Positions 59,291-64,000 of a stretch of 64,000 nucleotides of DNA are shown piece by piece. The DNA comes from Frankiales bacterium (GTDB lineage Bacteria; Actinomycetota; Actinomycetes; JAWWOW01): positions 96,675 to 160,674 of the forward strand of contig JAWWOW010000023.1 of assembly GCA_033851265.1 (NCBI GenBank). Direction: 5' to 3'. Made by a program: the position numbers and the translations under genes. Under the pieces are notes generated by a model. It did not search any database and had not been told where the DNA came from. It saw nothing but the letters and a program-made list of their open reading frames with translations. Positions within the stretch are counted from its first letter, which is position 1; every line of letters begins with the position of its first letter.

Positions 59291-60166
59291 CTATCTGTCG
59301 GGGTTGATGAGCCAGGGTTCGCTGTCGTGAACGTATACCGGGATCGACATCGTGTGCTCTGTCACCGGTGGCGGGCCTGCGGAAAAGTCCTCCGCCAGGC
59401 AGGAGGACTCGCCCAAGGTGACCGTGATCAGATGCTTGCCGGCGCTGGAGTACTGATGTGTTGGGTAGGCAGTTGATATCAGATCTTCTTGGTTGGCAGC
59501 GCACAGCGCCGTCCGGTAGACGGTCGACCGCTTCATGGACGAGCCATCGCCCCAGTCGATTTGCAGCGTGTGGGCGACCGTGGCCGGAGCTTCGATCCAT
59601 ACTTCCAGCCAGGCCATCCCGTCTTCGCGATCTAGGCCGAGGTGACAGGGCCAGATCTTGAGCGTCAGCCGGGTATCACCGTAACTTTGCTCGCGGGTGC
59701 CGCCGAAGTCAGCCGACCCGCTAGGGGTGCCGCAGTCCTCACCGGTGGGGTGATTGATCACGATCGTGCACCCCGGGTGCGCGGGGCCGCAGGTCATCTC
59801 GGGATCCGGCGTCGAATTTGGCTCGTGCGCGAGGGTGCGCTTCGAGCCCTGGCCGTCGGTTGCCGGTGCTGCTGATTGCGAGGGTTTCGACATCTCGGTG
59901 GCGGCCGTTGTCGGCCGCGGCGTTGGCGTCGGTGTGGTGAGTTCGGACGGGCCACTTGTACTCACGACTTCGGGGTCTGCCGCGCGAACCACGTCCACGC
60001 TCGGCTGCGCATGGCCGCATGCCGTCAGCGCAACCGTCAGCCCGATCGCGGCCGCGGCTCCCAGAAAACGATGCTGCGCCAAACCCCGCCTCCAAACACG
60101 CTTGTCACCGGCGATTGTGACCGCCCAAACCGTCGATTGTCTGTGAATGCGGATATTGCCATCCAA
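59291..60166 (-). CDS. Hypothetical lipoprotein with PKD-like C-terminal domain
   Basis: LTAC lipobox, P/T linker, IDWGDGS and HQYSSAGKHLITVT; true start probably later (e.g. TTG 60082). Confidence 0.55.
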   Translation of the reverse strand: MDGNIRIHRQSTVWAVTIAGDKRVWRRGLAQHRFLGAAAAIGLTVALTACGHAQPSVDVVRAADPEVVSTSGPSELTTPTPTPRPTTAATEMSKPSQSAAPATDGQGSKRTLAHEPNSTPDPEMTCGPAHPGCTIVINHPTGEDCGTPSGSADFGGTREQSYGDTRLTLKIWPCHLGLDREDGMAWLEVWIEAPATVAHTLQIDWGDGSSMKRSTVYRTALCAANQEDLISTAYPTHQYSSAGKHLITVTLGESSCLAEDFSAGPPPVTEHTMSIPVYVHDSEPWLINPDR

Positions 60167-60357
60167 ACGTGCTGCCTCAAGCCAAGCGCGGATGCGAACA
60201 CGATCGCGTCCGCGGACGCGGAGTGCCGCGATCGAGCGGCGCTCTCAGGCTCATGGAACGGGTGGCCGTGCGTCCTCCGGCAACTGGCACGGACGCCTAG
60301 TCGATCCGTTCGCGAAGTGGCGTTCCCGAGCGCGAGTACCGGCGTTACCGTCTGCTT

Positions 60358-60837
60358 GTGCCGACCAATCTGGCCCTGCTCTCTCCGTCAAGGAAGCGGC
60401 TCGCCGAGGGCGACATATTCGTCATGCGTCTGCTCGACCTCGGATACGTCTTCGGTCGAGTAGTCAACACAAAGGCCGTCTGGGCAGTCGGCGACGGCGT
60501 GGGACCAGCAAACCTGCTGTATGTCTATGCGGGCCTTCAGGCTGAGATGAACCCGCCGGACCATCTGCGGCCAGAGGCGCTACTCGTACCGCCGCTCATG
60601 ACGAACCGGCTCGGGTGGTCGCGCGGGTACTTCCAGACCGTCGGACACGAGCCGCTAGGGCCGGACGACGTCCTGCCGGTTCACTGCTTCCGGCGATCGA
60701 ACGGTGAGTACTTCGACGAGCGAGGCCGAAGGCTCCCCGGGCCTGTCGAGCCAGTCGGGCTTTTCGGCTTACACAGCTACCGCACCATCGATGACGATGT
60801 CAGCCGTGCGCTTGGCGTCCCACTGGCCGAAGACTGA
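60358..60837 (+). CDS. Imm26-family immunity protein
   Basis: GDIF...YVFGRVV...LLVPPLMTNRLGWSRGYFQTVG. Confidence 0.75.
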   Translation: MPTNLALLSPSRKRLAEGDIFVMRLLDLGYVFGRVVNTKAVWAVGDGVGPANLLYVYAGLQAEMNPPDHLRPEALLVPPLMTNRLGWSRGYFQTVGHEPLGPDDVLPVHCFRRSNGEYFDERGRRLPGPVEPVGLFGLHSYRTIDDDVSRALGVPLAED

Positions 60838-60904
60838 AGCGCGCGGACTATAGGTGGCGTTACACACTTCACCCTCGACGTTCCAATCCCGTTACGGTCG
60901 CTCC

Positions 60905-61199
60905 GTGGCGGCCAGAGTTCGGCTAGTCGGCGTGCTGGTGGTCAGTGTGTTGGTCCTGACTGGCTGCGCGGGCGACGCGCCCCGCTCATAGGCTGTTCAC
61001 CGTGTCGTCTACAGAGGATGTTCCAGAGGCCAGCCGCCCGAATGCGGCTACATCCGATCCGGTCTCGTCGGATACGGGGGCGAGTCCTGCCAGCCGCCGA
61101 CCGATCTACGCCGTGCTGCCCGACGATGATGAGGAAGCGGTTTCGGTGCTACATCGCTTGATGAGCACCGAGCCCGGGCCGCCAATTCCACCCCCGTGA
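60905..61199 (+). pseudogene. Frameshifted or truncated lipoprotein remnant
   Basis: MAARVRLVGVLVVSVLVLTGCAGDAPRS* (60905-60991); an S/P-rich frame at 61002-61199 is offset by one base. Confidence 0.4.
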
Positions 61200-61369
61200 T
61201 CCACGGCTGAGCGGAGCATGACCGACCCGCACAGCGGGGTGGGATCTCACCAACGGGTGGTACATGGTGGCGCCCGCGCCACAGATTCCGGCAGAAATGG
61301 CCAATTCGGGCCATAGCACCTAAGCCGGGAACATTGGAGGCTGGCTGGGCTAACGGGGGAGCACGAGAG

Positions 61370-63574
61370 GTGCCGGACTTGTCTGATCGGAATGGTGGGC
61401 GCCGCCGCGTCTTGAGTGTGTGGGCGACGAGTGGGCTGTTCGCTGGCGTCCTGGTTCTGACCGCTAGTTCTGGGGCAGCCGTCGTTCCGCCGGCTAGCAC
61501 GGAGCGGGTTAGTGTGGACACGGCCGGCGGCGACGCCAACGGCAACAGCTCCGGGGCGTCGGTCAGCGCCGACGGTCAACGCGTCGCGTTCGAATCGTTG
61601 GCGTCGGACCTGGTCGCCGGCGACGGCAACGCGACCAGCGACGTGTTCGTCCGGGACCTGAGCAGCGGGACCACGACCCGGGTCAGTGTGGACACCGCAG
61701 GCGGGGACCCCAACAACGCCAGCTGGGCGCCGTCGATCAGCGCCGACGGTCAACGCGTCGCCTTCTACTCGGACGCGTCGGACCTGGTCGCTGGCCAAGG
61801 GAACGGGAGAAACGTGTTCGTCCGGGACCTGAGCAGCGGGACCACGACCCGGGTCAGTGTGGACACCGCCGGCGGGGACCCCAACAACGCCAGCTTCTCA
61901 CCGTCGATCAGCGCCGACGGTCAGAGCGTCGCGTTCTCCTCGGCGGCGTCGGACCTGGTCGCCAACGACGGCAGCAGCCGGGGCAGCGACGTGTTCGTCC
62001 GAGACCTGAGCAGCGAGACCACGACCAAGGTCAATGTGGACACCGCCGGCGGGGACTCCGAGAGCGGCAACTGGCCACACGTCTACAACCCGTGCGACAA
62101 ACCGTCGATCAGCGCCGACGGTCAGCGCGTCGCGTTCTGCGCATACGCGCCGGACCTGGTCGCCGGCGACGGCAACGGGCACAGCGACGTGTTCGTCCGG
62201 GACCTGGGCAGCGGGACCACGACCCGGGCCAGTGTGGACACCGCCGACGGGGACCCCGACAGCGACAGCTTCATGCCCTCGATCAGCGCCGACGGTCAGC
62301 GCGTCGCGTTTTACTCGTTGGCGTCAGACCTGGTCGCCGGCGACGGCAACGGGACCGACGACGTGTTCGTCCGGGACCTGGGCAGCGCGACGACGACGCG
62401 GGTCAGTGTGGACACCGCGGGCGGGGACGCCGACAGCTACATCCCCGCCTACTACGGGCCGGCGATCAGCGCCGACGGTCAGCGCGTCGCGTTCGGCTCG
62501 AACGCGTCGGACCTGGTCGCCGGCGACGGCAACGAGACCTGGGACGTGTTCGTCCGGGACCTGGGCAGCGAGACCACGACCCGGGCCAGTGTGGACACCG
62601 CCGGCGGAGACCCCGACAGCGCCAGCTTCGAGCCGTCGATCAGCGCCGACGGTCAGACCGTCGGGTTCGGCTCGTTCGCGTCGGACCTGGTCGCCGGCGA
62701 CGGCAACGGGGTCGACCCGGTCACCGGGTTGCTGTCCAGAGACGTTTTCGTTCGGCACCTTGCTCCGGGGGACACTGACGGCGACAGGGTGGCAGACGCG
62801 GCGGACAACTGCCCGGCCGACCCCAACACTGACCAGGCGGACGCTGACAGCGACGGTGTCGGAGATGCGTGTGATGCAGATAGCGCTCCGCCGTCGGTTG
62901 GTGTGATCACCGCTCCGGTGTTCGGGCCGCAGACCGACGACACGTTCAACACTGCGTGGACGGCTACCGACACCGAGTCCGGGGTGGCGAGCTACGACGT
63001 GCGCTACCGCACCGTCGGGGTGCCGGGATTCACGGCCTGGCACACCGCGACTACCGACACCGGCGCCAGCTTCACCGGCGTGTCCGGCGCAAGTTACTGC
63101 TTCTCCGCCCGGGCCACCGACAACGAGGGTCACGTCGGCGCTTATGGTGCAGAGCGGTGCGCGGTCATGCCCATCGACGACGGTCAGTTGACCCGGGCCG
63201 GGATGTGGCAGACCCTCCACCAGGAGAACTTCTACAGAAACACGCTGTCGGTGTCCCGCCAGACCGGCGCCACGCTCACTCGGACCGGCGTCACCGCCCG
63301 CTTCCTCGGCGTGCTGGTCAGCATGGGCCCCAACGGCGGGTCGTTCCAAGCCCGGTTCAACGGCCGTTTGCTGACCAAGTACGGCACCACCACGACGACG
63401 ATCCCAACCAAGTGCGCCTGCGATGCCCCCATCCATCGGACGGTCATCGTGTTCAACCCGCTCAGCTCCACTCAGACAGGCACCCTCGAGATCCGCGCCA
63501 TGGGCAACAACCAGTGGATCGGCATCGACGGTTACTACGCCACCACCCTCGGCCCCCCCGCGCCGCCCACGTAA
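61370..63574 (+). CDS. Secreted TolB/PD40-type 7-repeat beta-propeller with thrombospondin type-3 repeats and FN3-like domain
   Basis: Signal peptide; 7 x (SISADGQRVAF...DVFVRDL); DNCPADPNTDQADADSDGVGDACD; WTATDTESGVASYDV..YCFSARATD. Confidence 0.85.
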   Translation: MPDLSDRNGGRRRVLSVWATSGLFAGVLVLTASSGAAVVPPASTERVSVDTAGGDANGNSSGASVSADGQRVAFESLASDLVAGDGNATSDVFVRDLSSGTTTRVSVDTAGGDPNNASWAPSISADGQRVAFYSDASDLVAGQGNGRNVFVRDLSSGTTTRVSVDTAGGDPNNASFSPSISADGQSVAFSSAASDLVANDGSSRGSDVFVRDLSSETTTKVNVDTAGGDSESGNWPHVYNPCDKPSISADGQRVAFCAYAPDLVAGDGNGHSDVFVRDLGSGTTTRASVDTADGDPDSDSFMPSISADGQRVAFYSLASDLVAGDGNGTDDVFVRDLGSATTTRVSVDTAGGDADSYIPAYYGPAISADGQRVAFGSNASDLVAGDGNETWDVFVRDLGSETTTRASVDTAGGDPDSASFEPSISADGQTVGFGSFASDLVAGDGNGVDPVTGLLSRDVFVRHLAPGDTDGDRVADAADNCPADPNTDQADADSDGVGDACDADSAPPSVGVITAPVFGPQTDDTFNTAWTATDTESGVASYDVRYRTVGVPGFTAWHTATTDTGASFTGVSGASYCFSARATDNEGHVGAYGAERCAVMPIDDGQLTRAGMWQTLHQENFYRNTLSVSRQTGATLTRTGVTARFLGVLVSMGPNGGSFQARFNGRLLTKYGTTTTTIPTKCACDAPIHRTVIVFNPLSSTQTGTLEIRAMGNNQWIGIDGYYATTLGPPAPPT
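61500..62760 (+). repeat. Seven imperfect tandem coding repeats (~170-200 bp)
   Basis: Recurring CAGCGCCGACGGTCA, GACCTGGTCGCC and GTGTTCGTCCGGGACCTG blocks. Confidence 0.9.
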
Positions 63575-63624
63575 CCCACAGCGGCCGACAACACCATCCG
63601 ATCGAGTCGGAGTGCGGCACCGAG

Positions 63625-63811
63625 GTGGCGCCGTGCGAAGCAACACGGCCCGCGGTCTCCTGGAATCGGCGCGGTCGACCGTCGTCGCGCAACGCGATGG
63701 CTTCGTCGGCGAGGAGCGCGCCCGTGCGGTCGCGACAACCTCGGGCAGCCGGCCGGTGACGTTGTCCAGAGTCCGGGTGAAGAGCGAGATGTCCGAGCCG
63801 TGGCGATTCAC
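63625..63811 (-). pseudogene. ligB: Internal fragment of an ATP-dependent DNA ligase (LigB-like), frameshifted
   Basis: One frame gives VNRHGSDISLFTRTLDNVTGRLPEVVATAR; the adjacent frame gives ADEAIALRDDGRPRRFQETAGRVAS; no KxDG motif or C-terminal domain. Confidence 0.7.
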
Positions 63812-64000
63812 TTCGAGGACGCGCAAGCACGCGCTCGAATCGCCTTGCTGCAAGCTCCAGAACCATCGCGATCCCGAGCCTCTTCTTCAGTCCTCTGCTC
63901 TGCTTCTGGCGGGGAAGCAAAGCGCAGCACCGACGCGGGTGTACCGAGAAGCCCGGCCCGCCAGACAGGTGTACGCGAAGTGGCGTTAGCGTCCGACGGT

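Noticed and set aside
61500-62760. Regular repeats resembling a CRISPR array
   Set aside because: The units are ~170-200 bp, in frame and encode propeller blades; there is no repeat-spacer structure and no cas genes.

Overview
GC-rich actinobacterial chromosome segment. Its backbone follows the conserved gene order known from M. tuberculosis Rv2196-Rv2179c and from Streptomyces: qcrBAC-ctaE, trpD, DEDD/GIY-YIG nuclease, NlpC/P60, pimB, fadD15-like, SRPBCC, ArsA-like, glucokinase, plsC, macSR and RNase AS. Accessory blocks are inserted between these genes: fur/katG/DUF3501, glpD-TetR-FAD oxidoreductase, an ApbE flavinylation module, a phospholipid cassette, and a decayed right end with orphan Imm26, a beta-propeller surface protein and a DNA ligase remnant. 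I found no rRNA, tRNA, CRISPR array or transposase. Regulatory signals read directly from the DNA are a c-di-AMP riboswitch, a Fur box, two PafBC-type promoters and two MacR-type boxes inside a duplicated 77-bp promoter. The best candidate for a new system is at the left edge. A 222-aa acidic repeat protein with a RiPP-like leader lies 3 bp upstream of a gene missing from the ORF track that begins with an RRE/PqqD-like domain, and a perfect 14-bp hairpin sits in the 5' end of that second gene. This suggests a leader-processed, self-assembling fibre or peptide system. Product calls come from motif recognition and synteny, not database searches.
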